64,000 bases of DNA from Paludibacteraceae bacterium (GTDB taxonomy: Bacteria > Bacteroidota > Bacteroidia > Bacteroidales > Paludibacteraceae), in contig JAKSNJ010000007.1 in assembly GCA_024399965.1 (NCBI GenBank), positions 2,436 through 66,435 of the forward strand, read 5' to 3'. The notes under the pieces were generated by a model. The model did no database searches, was not told where the DNA came from, and was given only the letters and a program-made list of their open reading frames with translations. A program made the position numbers and the translations under genes. Positions 9,249 through 18,294 of the stretch are shown here, one piece after another. How positions within the stretch are numbered: position 1 is the stretch's first letter; each line of letters starts with the position of its first letter.

Positions 9249-11222
9249 TTATTTGTAAAAATGAAAGGCCAAACCGGCTCTAAACACATCGGGATTCGTG
9301 GGATACGATGGCATCGAGAAATAATAGCGTGGCATAAAAGTAGTATTAAAGTGTTCATATTCAGCAAAGAAACGCAAATGTAAGTGGCGAACATAGAAAT
9401 TAGCATACACATTCAGCGTGGGGTAGTTGCCCACCTTTTCCTCGTTCTGCACGCAGAACATTGCCAAGGCAGGATTCCACAACGGGGCATAGTAAGCGGT
9501 GTTGTACTTCAGGTCCACACCAATCTGGGTGTCCAGTGCCTTAAACCACGTGCCGTGATAGTAAAGATTACTATAGAGCGCCACCGTAGGTACGGCTATG
9601 AGTTCGTTCGATGAATACTGGTAAATTACGTGGTTGTCCAAGTTCACCCAAGGGGTGGTAATGTCCAACTCGACATCGACCGCAAGCAGCGATATACTCC
9701 CCTGCTCCATCTGCATGGGACGGGCAGCATCTTTGGTAAAATAGATGTATTTGCTAACGTTCTCGTAGTCCACTTTGACAGCAGGTTTTATCCATTTCGT
9801 GGGATACGCCACCTGTCCACCGATGTGCATTTTATAGGTTTTCTTAAAGTTGATTTCGTCTTGTGTTTCAGGACTATAGCCCCAGCGGTAGTGGTTGCTG
9901 TTGTAGTGCAGGAGATAGTAGTTGGGGGTCTCGTTTTTGAAACTTGCCTCGGCACGCAGGGTCAGACTATCTTTGCCCAACCGGAAACTACCGTCCAAGT
10001 GACCGTAGATATTGAATTGCCCTAATTTATAACCATATAGGCACACATCACCACCGAAACCATAGAACACATATTTACCACGGTTTTTGTAGAGTTCACC
10101 GCCCACAAAGACGTTATTGGTCCAGTGATACCGATACAACGAGTCTGCCATTATATCCACATTATACTCGCCATCCAAGAAGCGTTGTGCCTCATGCGTA
10201 GCAAAGACGGTGGCACCAAACTTGAGTTTGGTATTAAACTCCTCCTCAAAGGTGGCGGAGAGGGTATTGCGAATGGTGAGCGTGGCTGCCGAATCCCGTG
10301 TGGCATCAAGGTTACGGTAGCAGTTCTCATACATGGGTTGAGGCGTTTTCTCCAAATAACGGCGTGTCTGCTCGTTGGTCTCAAACACATGACGGAAAGT
10401 CATCACGGGCACGTAGATGATTTTGGTAGAGTCCAAATCGACCCACTTGCCCCGTTCGTCTCGCTCGCGATAATGCACAGTCTGCTCCCGTTCGACACAT
10501 ATACTGTAGTAATGATTCAGATACCCCGCCAAGTAGCGATAACCGGACATGGCCTCTATGTTGGTAGATATGTCTTCCGTTTTGAGTTCGTTGTTGGTAA
10601 TCTGCGTAGGGTCTGCCAAACCGCCGTTTTCAAACGAACTCAGCCGATTGAAGGTGAAGGCAGCTTGCATACTATAGTGATTGCCGTTGTACGAGGTAAA
10701 GGCCGTGCCGTTGAAGGTCTTACCGGCTTGGGACTTGTAGTGTCCGATGGCATTGGTATAGTTGAGCGTAGTACCGAAGTTCCACTTAGGTGTGATATTG
10801 CCCGTGAACATAAACTTCAGTTCATCATCCTCGTGGTAGGTCTTAAATCCACGTTTGTAGGAGATGTACGAATAGGGCGTCGTGGTGTTGTAGAACTGCA
10901 CGTTTTGGGGCGTGGGAGTGTAGATGTCATACGGGTCACCAAACAGGAAATCGGTACGGTGAGTGCGGTTGAAATAGATGGCAGAGAGCGTGGGCGAAAC
11001 CAAATTGCCGTTGTAGATATTGCATATACTCAGGTCATACAACTCGTTTCGCATCGCAAAGTTCATAAAACTGCTATCCACGGCCACCGTATCCGCCAAA
11101 TCCAACGGATGAGGCAGTTCCCAAGCACGGATTACCGTCTTGGGTAACTTTGTCTTACCCATCATCGGTATAGCCACCAATAACAGGCACATAATCCAAC
11201 CGTATGTCAGCCCTTTACACAC
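9249..11222 (-). CDS. Putative outer-membrane beta-barrel porin
   Basis: 657 aa with a signal-like N-terminus. The body is rich in alternating aromatic/polar residues. The C-terminus ..FRAGLAFHFYK is typical of OM barrels. Confidence 0.6.
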   Translation of the reverse strand: MCKGLTYGWIMCLLLVAIPMMGKTKLPKTVIRAWELPHPLDLADTVAVDSSFMNFAMRNELYDLSICNIYNGNLVSPTLSAIYFNRTHRTDFLFGDPYDIYTPTPQNVQFYNTTTPYSYISYKRGFKTYHEDDELKFMFTGNITPKWNFGTTLNYTNAIGHYKSQAGKTFNGTAFTSYNGNHYSMQAAFTFNRLSSFENGGLADPTQITNNELKTEDISTNIEAMSGYRYLAGYLNHYYSICVEREQTVHYRERDERGKWVDLDSTKIIYVPVMTFRHVFETNEQTRRYLEKTPQPMYENCYRNLDATRDSAATLTIRNTLSATFEEEFNTKLKFGATVFATHEAQRFLDGEYNVDIMADSLYRYHWTNNVFVGGELYKNRGKYVFYGFGGDVCLYGYKLGQFNIYGHLDGSFRLGKDSLTLRAEASFKNETPNYYLLHYNSNHYRWGYSPETQDEINFKKTYKMHIGGQVAYPTKWIKPAVKVDYENVSKYIYFTKDAARPMQMEQGSISLLAVDVELDITTPWVNLDNHVIYQYSSNELIAVPTVALYSNLYYHGTWFKALDTQIGVDLKYNTAYYAPLWNPALAMFCVQNEEKVGNYPTLNVYANFYVRHLHLRFFAEYEHFNTTFMPRYYFSMPSYPTNPDVFRAGLAFHFYK

Positions 11223-12496
11223 TATTTTTTCTTCTTCAGTTTACGAATTTCGGCTTGCAAGGTCGCTATCTCCTGCTCCTGATTGGTAATCGTCTTCAAC
11301 AGCGAGTTCAGTTCTTCATTCTCAATGGTCGTGGGGTACTGCTCATCGACACGTTGTAAGAAATCACTCAATATATTCATATAGTTGATGAACGCATCGT
11401 AGGCCGATTCAAAAATCGAATTACCTTGGTCTATATGGTTCATATTGTGCAAGAAATGCACATCTTGCAGCAACATCCAGTCGCGTTTCAAGCTCTTGTC
11501 TTCGCACAAGTGTACGCGCTCGGTGACGGCATAGAACTTATTGGTGGCCTCCTGCTGCAAGTCGTTGCCGAGGAAAACACTGACATCTTTTCCTTCGCCG
11601 GTCCATGTCAACGGATAAGGCGATACGATGGGCTCGGTGGCCGTCAGTTTCTTAGCCGCTTCAGCAGGAGTGAGGAAGGTCATACCCTGCTCAATGGCAT
11701 AGTAAGGCAGGGCTTTCATAAACTCGAAGATACCCGTTTCACCACGCTGAATAACGCCAAAGGTCTCAGCTCCCATCCATATATTCACCAGTTGTTCTGA
11801 CTCAGGCAACTCAGCCACTTGCTTGATAAATTTCTCTGCATCCATCGGGTAATTATACCAATTGGGATCCGAGAAATGAAAACTGATAGCATCGCTGATG
11901 GAGGCATTGCGCAGCAATAATGCCTGCTTGGTGGCAGCCGAACTGCTATAGAGGTAGTTGGGCGACTTGTAGGACAGAATATGTTTGGCCCCTTCGGTCA
12001 TCATTGTCTTATAACCCAATTTCCACGCCTGCTCGGCTATCTCATCGGAATACAGCAATTCGGTATTCCACAACGTGGTGGAATTGACACCTAACACGTC
12101 CATCACCTTGTCGGCATGGGCTTTGAGTTGCGCTTCCAATTCGGACGGATTGCATTGACCCGCCAAGGAATACGAATAGGGAACGCGGACGAACTCCACG
12201 CACTTACTGACCGCCAATTCCTTCAGCAAATCTATCATTTCCGGCACAAACTGCTCGAATAACTCCAGCATCGTTCCTGACACAGCCAAAGCACAATGAA
12301 AACGATTCTTACTGAGGCGAATCATCTCCTTAATCGTTTGGCAAAGAGGCATATAAGAGGTTTGCGTCAGCCAAGTGATGTACTCCTCCGTAGCCATATC
12401 GTCGTAGTAATAATGGTCCTGCCCAATCTCAAAGAAACGATACCGTTTCAACCGATAAGGCGCATGCATTTGAAAGCAAAAACAGATGTTTTTCAT
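11222..12496 (-). CDS. Glycoside hydrolase family 57 alpha-amylase-like protein
   Basis: The N-terminus CFCFQMHAPYRLKRY..IGQDHYYYDD resembles GH57. The context is alpha-glucan genes. Confidence 0.75.
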   Translation of the reverse strand: MKNICFCFQMHAPYRLKRYRFFEIGQDHYYYDDMATEEYITWLTQTSYMPLCQTIKEMIRLSKNRFHCALAVSGTMLELFEQFVPEMIDLLKELAVSKCVEFVRVPYSYSLAGQCNPSELEAQLKAHADKVMDVLGVNSTTLWNTELLYSDEIAEQAWKLGYKTMMTEGAKHILSYKSPNYLYSSSAATKQALLLRNASISDAISFHFSDPNWYNYPMDAEKFIKQVAELPESEQLVNIWMGAETFGVIQRGETGIFEFMKALPYYAIEQGMTFLTPAEAAKKLTATEPIVSPYPLTWTGEGKDVSVFLGNDLQQEATNKFYAVTERVHLCEDKSLKRDWMLLQDVHFLHNMNHIDQGNSIFESAYDAFINYMNILSDFLQRVDEQYPTTIENEELNSLLKTITNQEQEIATLQAEIRKLKKKK

Positions 12497-12529
12497 ATTT
12501 CTTTTCGTTCTAAATTCATAAATTGTTAA

Positions 12530-13672
12530 TTAATGCCACCCCAGCACCTTGTCGTAGATGGCTCTCACTTTCAGTCCGGCATCGTACCAGCGGATATTAT
12601 TGACCTCTTGTCGTCCTAACTCGCTGAGCGACTTATACATAGCCGGATACTTGACAATGGCATAAATAGCGTCTGCCATCGCGTCTATGTCCCAATAGTC
12701 GGTCTTAATGGCGTGGTGCAGAATCTCGGCGCAGCCGGACTGATAACTGATGATACTGGGACAGCCCACCTGCATCGCCTCCAGAGGAGAAATACCGAAC
12801 GGCTCACTCACACTGGGCATGATATACACGTCCGAATCAGCCAAAATCTGTTGCACCTGTTTACCACGCATGAAACCGGGGAAGTGGAACTTATCGGCTA
12901 TACCGCGCTGGGCCACCAAGTCAATCATCTTGGCCATCATATCGCCACTACCGGCCATAACAAAGCGCACACCGTCTGTTTTCTCTAATACACGTGCAGC
13001 CGCCTCAACAAAGTACTCCGGCCCTTTCTGCATCGTAATACGACCCAAGAAAGTGACCAACTTATCCTTACGCGGGTGCTTGACAAACTCCTCCGGATTG
13101 GGTAAGGGTTCGACGGCATTATGCACCGTACTGACCTTATTAGGGTCCTGCCCGTATTTCTCAATCACGGTACGGCGTGTCAGTTCGCTCACGCACATGA
13201 TATGATTGGCCTCGTCCATACCTCTGCGCTCAATGGCATACACGGTGGGGTTGACATTTCCCCGACTGCGGTCAAAGTCGGTAGCATGCACGTGAATAAC
13301 CAGCGGTTTACCGGTGATATGCTTCACTGCCACACCGGCAGGATAGGTAAGCCAATCGTGGCTGTGGATAATATCAAACTGCTCTCGCCATGCCAACTGG
13401 GCGGCAACGGCTTCGTAGTTGCCTATCTCCTCCACCAAGTTGTCGGGGTATCGGCCGGAGAACTCAATACATCCTCTGCCCGGTACGTCCACGCTATTGG
13501 CACCAATGATACGCAGGAACGATTGGTCCTCGTCACCCCACGGCTTGGGTAACACGAAGGTGATTTGCAAATCTTCCTGTTGAGCCATTCCTCGCGTCAA
13601 CCCGTAACTGGCTGTACCGAGTCCGCCTAAGATATGCGGCGGGAACTCCCATCCAAACATCAATGCTCTCAT
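12530..13672 (-). CDS. Glycosyltransferase family 4 (glycogen-synthase-like)
   Basis: GWEFPPHILGGLGTA N-terminus and a C-terminal E..PFG..LEAM GT-B motif (PSVSEPFGISPLEAM). Confidence 0.8.
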   Translation of the reverse strand: MRALMFGWEFPPHILGGLGTASYGLTRGMAQQEDLQITFVLPKPWGDEDQSFLRIIGANSVDVPGRGCIEFSGRYPDNLVEEIGNYEAVAAQLAWREQFDIIHSHDWLTYPAGVAVKHITGKPLVIHVHATDFDRSRGNVNPTVYAIERRGMDEANHIMCVSELTRRTVIEKYGQDPNKVSTVHNAVEPLPNPEEFVKHPRKDKLVTFLGRITMQKGPEYFVEAAARVLEKTDGVRFVMAGSGDMMAKMIDLVAQRGIADKFHFPGFMRGKQVQQILADSDVYIMPSVSEPFGISPLEAMQVGCPSIISYQSGCAEILHHAIKTDYWDIDAMADAIYAIVKYPAMYKSLSELGRQEVNNIRWYDAGLKVRAIYDKVLGWH

Positions 13673-15621
13673 AGGTTTTGTTGTGTTTCAAAGTGATTCA
13701 TGGTATCTATTACGGATATAACGGCAGCCACACTGGGGGCATACGACATACCGCCATGCCCTTTGTAGGGAGGATTGCCATCATACAGTTCGTTCAGCGT
13801 ACCGATACATAGTTCGGACATCTCCTGCTCATATCCCACCAACAGCCGCTGCATAAAACTGATGCCGCTATGTTTATAAACATTCATATACGCCCGCGCA
13901 TAAGCCGCTATCGTATAGGGCCACACGGGACCGTTGTGGAAATTGCGGTCACGCTCCAACTGGCCGCCTATGTATTCGGGTCGGTAACTGCCACTCTTGG
14001 GAGACAAAGTGCGTAGCCCACGAGGAGTCAACAGTTCTTTGGTGCAGATATCTACCACGGCTTTTTGCTGCTTTCTGTCCAGAGGCGAATACGGAAGGGC
14101 AGCAGCCCAAATCATATTCGGACGCACCTCCTTGTCATGATAGCCATCGACCACATAATCATCTAAATAAACACCGTTCCAGAACGTGTTGGTAAACGCC
14201 TCACGCATCAATTCGGCTTGGTACTCCAGCATATCGGCCATGTTCTCACGTCCCTTGGCACGCATCATCTCCGCCGTGAAGCAAAGGGCGTTGTACCAAA
14301 GAGCATTGATCTCTACCACATAGCCCGTTCGAGGCGTGATAGGTCTGCCATCTTCCACGGCATTCATCCATGTGGCAGGACGTTCCCTACCCTCTACCCA
14401 CATCAGGCCGTTGTTGTGTACCACAGCCCGCGGATGGCACGACTTACGGTAGTAATCCACAATGGTTTTGCAGAGTTCACCGTACTTGTCGGCTGCCTCA
14501 TTGACAGTATATTTATGCGCAAATTTCTGGAACGCACGCACCAACCACAGCAAAGCATCCGGCTCATCCAATCCACTTAATTCGCCATCAACATAGCCCT
14601 GCTTCATCCACGTTTGAACCATCGGAACGGCTGTCTCATCAATGATGGCTTGCCAGTATTCGGGACGGTCGATGTCCAAAGTACAACTGGGAGTGGCAAA
14701 AAACTCGTCCCGTGCAGTGGACTTAAACCACGGATAACCGGCTAACAGATAGCACTGATTACCCACACGTTTGTAGAACTGAGCAGCGCTGTTCTTCAGG
14801 CAGGCAAACATATCTTCCCGTGCGATGCGTCGCAACATCTCTTTCTCCCAAATCGTTTTCAGTGTAGTGGGTTTGGTCTCGCTGATACCGGCACTGAAGA
14901 TGATACTCTCGCCCTTTTTCATCATCACCTCAAAATAGCCCGGCACCAATTGGTCCTCCTTGTACTCAAAACCGCGTTCCTGCTCCTTCTGATACTCAAT
15001 ATCCTTGTACCATTGGGGCTCGTGGGTGTAAGTCACTTTCTTTGAGAACTGCATATATAACTCCGGAAATCCGGCATACATACGGTTCTTGCGACCATTG
15101 CTTACCTCCGTCATGTCGGTGTTGGCTTGTCCGTTGGCGTGCGTCAGTTCGTTCACGCTGCGGAAGGCCAAGAACGGACGGAAACGCATCGTAATCGGGC
15201 TACCGGCCTCCACCATCGTGTAACGAATCAGCACACGTGGCTCAAAACTAACCAACATACGCTCCTTGGTTAGTATGACACCACCCACACGGTAGGTCGT
15301 TTTGGAAATAACTTCACAGTCAAATTCACGAATATACTTGTGCCCGTTGGGCATATACGTGTTGCCGTCGTATTTATGCAAACCGAGGTTGAAGGCAGCA
15401 CCGTGCTGTATCACCGTTTCGTCTAAACTGGACAGCAACACGTAGTTATCCGACCCCAATTCGGGCAACGGCAATACCAACTGACCGTGGTACTTACGTG
15501 TGTTGCAATCCACCAGCGTAGTTGAGTTGTAGGCACCGGCACGATTGGTGCGAATCATCTCCTTGCTCAAACTGCGCTCTAAGTTGACTAACAACGTTTT
15601 ATCAAAATTCAGATAACTCAT
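13669..15621 (-). CDS. Glycogen debranching enzyme (amylo-alpha-1,6-glucosidase family)
   Basis: 650 aa. The N-terminal segment NRAGAYNSTTLVDCNTRKYHGLL-like and the (alpha/alpha)6 C-terminal region are typical of the bacterial GDE family. Confidence 0.8.
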   Translation of the reverse strand: MSYLNFDKTLLVNLERSLSKEMIRTNRAGAYNSTTLVDCNTRKYHGQLVLPLPELGSDNYVLLSSLDETVIQHGAAFNLGLHKYDGNTYMPNGHKYIREFDCEVISKTTYRVGGVILTKERMLVSFEPRVLIRYTMVEAGSPITMRFRPFLAFRSVNELTHANGQANTDMTEVSNGRKNRMYAGFPELYMQFSKKVTYTHEPQWYKDIEYQKEQERGFEYKEDQLVPGYFEVMMKKGESIIFSAGISETKPTTLKTIWEKEMLRRIAREDMFACLKNSAAQFYKRVGNQCYLLAGYPWFKSTARDEFFATPSCTLDIDRPEYWQAIIDETAVPMVQTWMKQGYVDGELSGLDEPDALLWLVRAFQKFAHKYTVNEAADKYGELCKTIVDYYRKSCHPRAVVHNNGLMWVEGRERPATWMNAVEDGRPITPRTGYVVEINALWYNALCFTAEMMRAKGRENMADMLEYQAELMREAFTNTFWNGVYLDDYVVDGYHDKEVRPNMIWAAALPYSPLDRKQQKAVVDICTKELLTPRGLRTLSPKSGSYRPEYIGGQLERDRNFHNGPVWPYTIAAYARAYMNVYKHSGISFMQRLLVGYEQEMSELCIGTLNELYDGNPPYKGHGGMSYAPSVAAVISVIDTMNHFETQQNL

Positions 15622-15623
15622 AC

Positions 15624-16763
15624 TTAATTAAATTTGCCACCATAATTTGTTTCTGCATCTGATACGAACTGCCGTATTTGTTGCTCCTCACTCTTGGGGC
15701 AAATCAGCAGCACGCCGTCCGACTCCGCCACAATCATGTCCTGCATACCACGCAGCACTGCCAAATGGCCTTCCGGCAAGGCAACGATATTGCCCTTGCT
15801 GTCATAGTAGGCGGCATTGCATTTCAGCGTCACGTTCTGCTCGGCATCTTTTTCACTCAGGTCATACAGCGAGCCCCATGTACCCAAGTCCGACCAACCG
15901 AAATCGGCCATCATCACATGTACCGACTTGGCTTTTTCCATCACGCCGTAGTCAATACTGATATTGGGGCAAGTGGGGAACATCTGCTGAATAAAATCTT
16001 CCTCTTTCTCCGTGCCCATGCACCATTCTCCGCGTGCAAAGGCCTGTGCTATCTCCGGCAAATTACTCAGGAATTCGTGACGAATAGTCCGCAGGTTCCA
16101 AAGGAAAATACCTGAGTTCCACAAGAACTCGCCACTCTCCACAAATACTTTGGCAAGGTCGGCATTGGGTTTCTCGGTAAAGGTCTTCACCTTACGCAAA
16201 CTGCTCTCGCCCGGCATCATTTGGATATATCCGTAACCCGTTTCCGGCCGTGTGGGCTTCATGCCGAGCGTGAGAAGGGTATCGTTCTTACTCACGAAAT
16301 CCAACCCCTCACCTATCACGCGTCTAAACTCATCTTCCTGTAATATCAAGTGGTCCGACGGAGCCACCACGATGTTTGCATTCAGTTTTTCATCGTCCCA
16401 ATCCACCTGCTCTCCCTCCTGCAAATGGCGCCCGTACACCTCTTGATAAGCCAAACCTTTGATATGGGCAATGGCATAGGCGATACAAGGTGCCGTGTTA
16501 CGGCGCGCCGGCTCACATAGCACTTGCGAACCGTTCATATCCGGAATTTGCTCCAGAATCAAGTCCTTGTAAATAACGTTGGTAACTATCAGAATATGCT
16601 CAATGGGCACCAGTGGACGAAAGCGGTCCACCGTCATCTGTAACAGGGATTTACCCGTGCCAAAGAAGTCTAAAAACTGCTTGGGACGGCTGTTTCTACT
16701 AAACGGCCAAAAGCGGCTACCTATGCCACCGGCCATAATCACGCAATAATTGTTGTTCTTCAT
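15624..16763 (-). CDS. manC: Mannose-1-phosphate guanylyltransferase
   Basis: The N-terminal motif VIMAGGIGSRFWPFSR..PKQFL is a nucleotidyltransferase signature. Confidence 0.85.
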   Translation of the reverse strand: MKNNNYCVIMAGGIGSRFWPFSRNSRPKQFLDFFGTGKSLLQMTVDRFRPLVPIEHILIVTNVIYKDLILEQIPDMNGSQVLCEPARRNTAPCIAYAIAHIKGLAYQEVYGRHLQEGEQVDWDDEKLNANIVVAPSDHLILQEDEFRRVIGEGLDFVSKNDTLLTLGMKPTRPETGYGYIQMMPGESSLRKVKTFTEKPNADLAKVFVESGEFLWNSGIFLWNLRTIRHEFLSNLPEIAQAFARGEWCMGTEKEEDFIQQMFPTCPNISIDYGVMEKAKSVHVMMADFGWSDLGTWGSLYDLSEKDAEQNVTLKCNAAYYDSKGNIVALPEGHLAVLRGMQDMIVAESDGVLLICPKSEEQQIRQFVSDAETNYGGKFN

Positions 16764-16802
16764 ATCTTTTTGTGTTTTTCGGGTTTATTCCAAATTAGCG
16801 TG

Positions 16803-16834
16803 CAAATATACAACTTTTTTTTCATTTACGCAAG
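16803..16834 (-). promoter_or_regulatory. Promoter for the manC-to-trxA gene string (-7 TAtaTTTG, -33 CTTG, 20-nt spacer)
   Basis: The -7 box is 16803..16810 (caaatata on +). An imperfect -33 box is at 16831..16834. Confidence 0.5.
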
Positions 16835-16954
16835 TGCGCGCGCGTTTTTTTGATAAAAAGTGTCAAACGAGATGGTCTGTCCGTTTTTTTTTGTACCTTT
16901 GCATACCCAAATTATGCAGTGGTGAAAAAGTATTGCGTCATACAACGGTCAGTA

Positions 16955-17506
16955 ATGGGTTTGCTCTTGGTATGCCTTATGCTCGGTGCCTCCTGCTCCC
17001 GTCCTGCCACACCCAAGGAATACGGCTATTTTCGTATTGCCCTGCCGGAGCATCAGTTTGTTCCGCTTTCTCAACCGTTACCCTACGCATTTTCCTACAA
17101 TTCATCGGCACAAATCCTACCTGCCGACTCGGCACAATCGACTTGGATTAATGTGTATTATCCCACACTCGACGCCACGGTACACTGCTCCTACTTACCC
17201 GTTCGGCACAACCTGCCGCAACTATTGGCTGATGCGCAGGAATTTGTATATTCCCACTCTGTCAAGGCCTCTGCCATTCCCGAGCAGGAGTACATTGATT
17301 CTGTTCATCATGTTTTTGGCATTTTCTACGAATTAGAGGGCAACACAGCCACTCCTATGCAATTCTACCTTACCGACTCCACCACACATTTCTTCCGTGC
17401 AGCAGTCTATATCAACACCATTCCCAATCAGGATTCGCTTGCTCCCGTTATTTCCTTCCTGCACGATGACATGCGCACTTTGGTTGAGTCTTTTCGTTGG
17501 CAATGA
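16955..17506 (+). CDS. gldD: GldD-like lipoprotein (gliding motility / T9SS-associated)
   Basis: Lipobox LGASC. YFRIALPEH.., WINVYYP.. and FYLTDSTTHFFRAAVY match my recollection of Flavobacterium GldD. I chose the ATG at 16955 over the track start at 16850. Confidence 0.75.
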   Translation: MGLLLVCLMLGASCSRPATPKEYGYFRIALPEHQFVPLSQPLPYAFSYNSSAQILPADSAQSTWINVYYPTLDATVHCSYLPVRHNLPQLLADAQEFVYSHSVKASAIPEQEYIDSVHHVFGIFYELEGNTATPMQFYLTDSTTHFFRAAVYINTIPNQDSLAPVISFLHDDMRTLVESFRWQ

Positions 17507-18198
17507 ACGTGTTAGAGTATATATTGGCAAAACGGCAAATGGGCCAGCACATGTTGGCTGTTCTGCTTGATCCGGAGCACGAAATACGGTTCCGCAAGGG
17601 TGAATTAGATGCTGCCGATTTAATCTTTGTCGGGGGGAGCACAGGTGCTATTTCTCCCCTGTTCATCGATAAAATACGTGCTATCACACATCGTCCCATT
17701 GTCCTCTTTCCGGGCAATCCGTCCCAGTTCTCACCACAGGCAGATGCCCTGCTCTACTTGTCCGTGCTCTCATCGCGCAATCCGGATTTATTGGTAGGTC
17801 GCCAGATTGACTCGGCACAAGTGATTGCACAATCCGGCATAGAAGTTTTGCCTATGGGGTATATCCTGATTGACGGAGGCATACCGACCAGCGTAGTACA
17901 GACCTGCCAATCGGCTCCCATTCCACAGGACCAAATAACGCTCATTACCAGCACCGCTTTGGCAGGACAAATGATGGGCAAGCAACTCATCTATTTAGAG
18001 GCAGGAAGTGGCGCAAAAAATCCAGTATCCATCGATATAATCAATGCCGTGCGTCAGGCAATAAACATTCCTCTGATTGTGGGAGGAGGCATTACCACTC
18101 CTCAGATGATGAAAGACGCTTTCCGTGCCGGAGCCGACATCGTTGTCATTGGCAATCACTTCGAGCGCCATCCCGAAGAATTGCACCTTTTCTATTAA
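17497..18198 (+). CDS. Geranylgeranylglyceryl/heptaprenylglyceryl phosphate synthase family (PcrB/GGGPS)
   Basis: Motifs FVGGS, LFPGN, YLEAGSGA and IVGGGI are spaced as in the GGGPS TIM barrel. Confidence 0.8.
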   Translation: MAMNVLEYILAKRQMGQHMLAVLLDPEHEIRFRKGELDAADLIFVGGSTGAISPLFIDKIRAITHRPIVLFPGNPSQFSPQADALLYLSVLSSRNPDLLVGRQIDSAQVIAQSGIEVLPMGYILIDGGIPTSVVQTCQSAPIPQDQITLITSTALAGQMMGKQLIYLEAGSGAKNPVSIDIINAVRQAINIPLIVGGGITTPQMMKDAFRAGADIVVIGNHFERHPEELHLFY

Positions 18199-18212
18199 TA
18201 TTTTTTATTAAA

Positions 18213-18244
18213 TTTGCATATATGCAAAAAAATTTGTATCTTTG
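18213..18244 (+). promoter_or_regulatory. Promoter of ileS (TTTG-N20-TAtcTTTG)
   Basis: The sequence atTTGcatatatgcaaaaaaatttgTAtcTTTGcac lies about 50 nt upstream of the ileS ATG. Confidence 0.75.
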
Positions 18245-18294
18245 CACGCTTTTTTGTGGGCAAAGAGGTAACGAATTACATTAAATCATACAAT

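Noticed and set aside
10125-11147. 340-aa + ORF, with similar long antisense ORFs at 43944..44837 (-), 61571..62605 (+), 19282..20010 (-), 31317..32054 (-) and 36768..37409 (-)
   Set aside because: Each lies fully inside a motif-supported CDS on the opposite strand, and none has its own promoter or motifs.
16894-16901. TAccTTTG -7 box upstream of gldD as a full promoter
   Set aside because: There is no TTTG-like -33 element at the expected 19-21-nt distance. The nearest TTTG is about 43 nt upstream. I left it unannotated.
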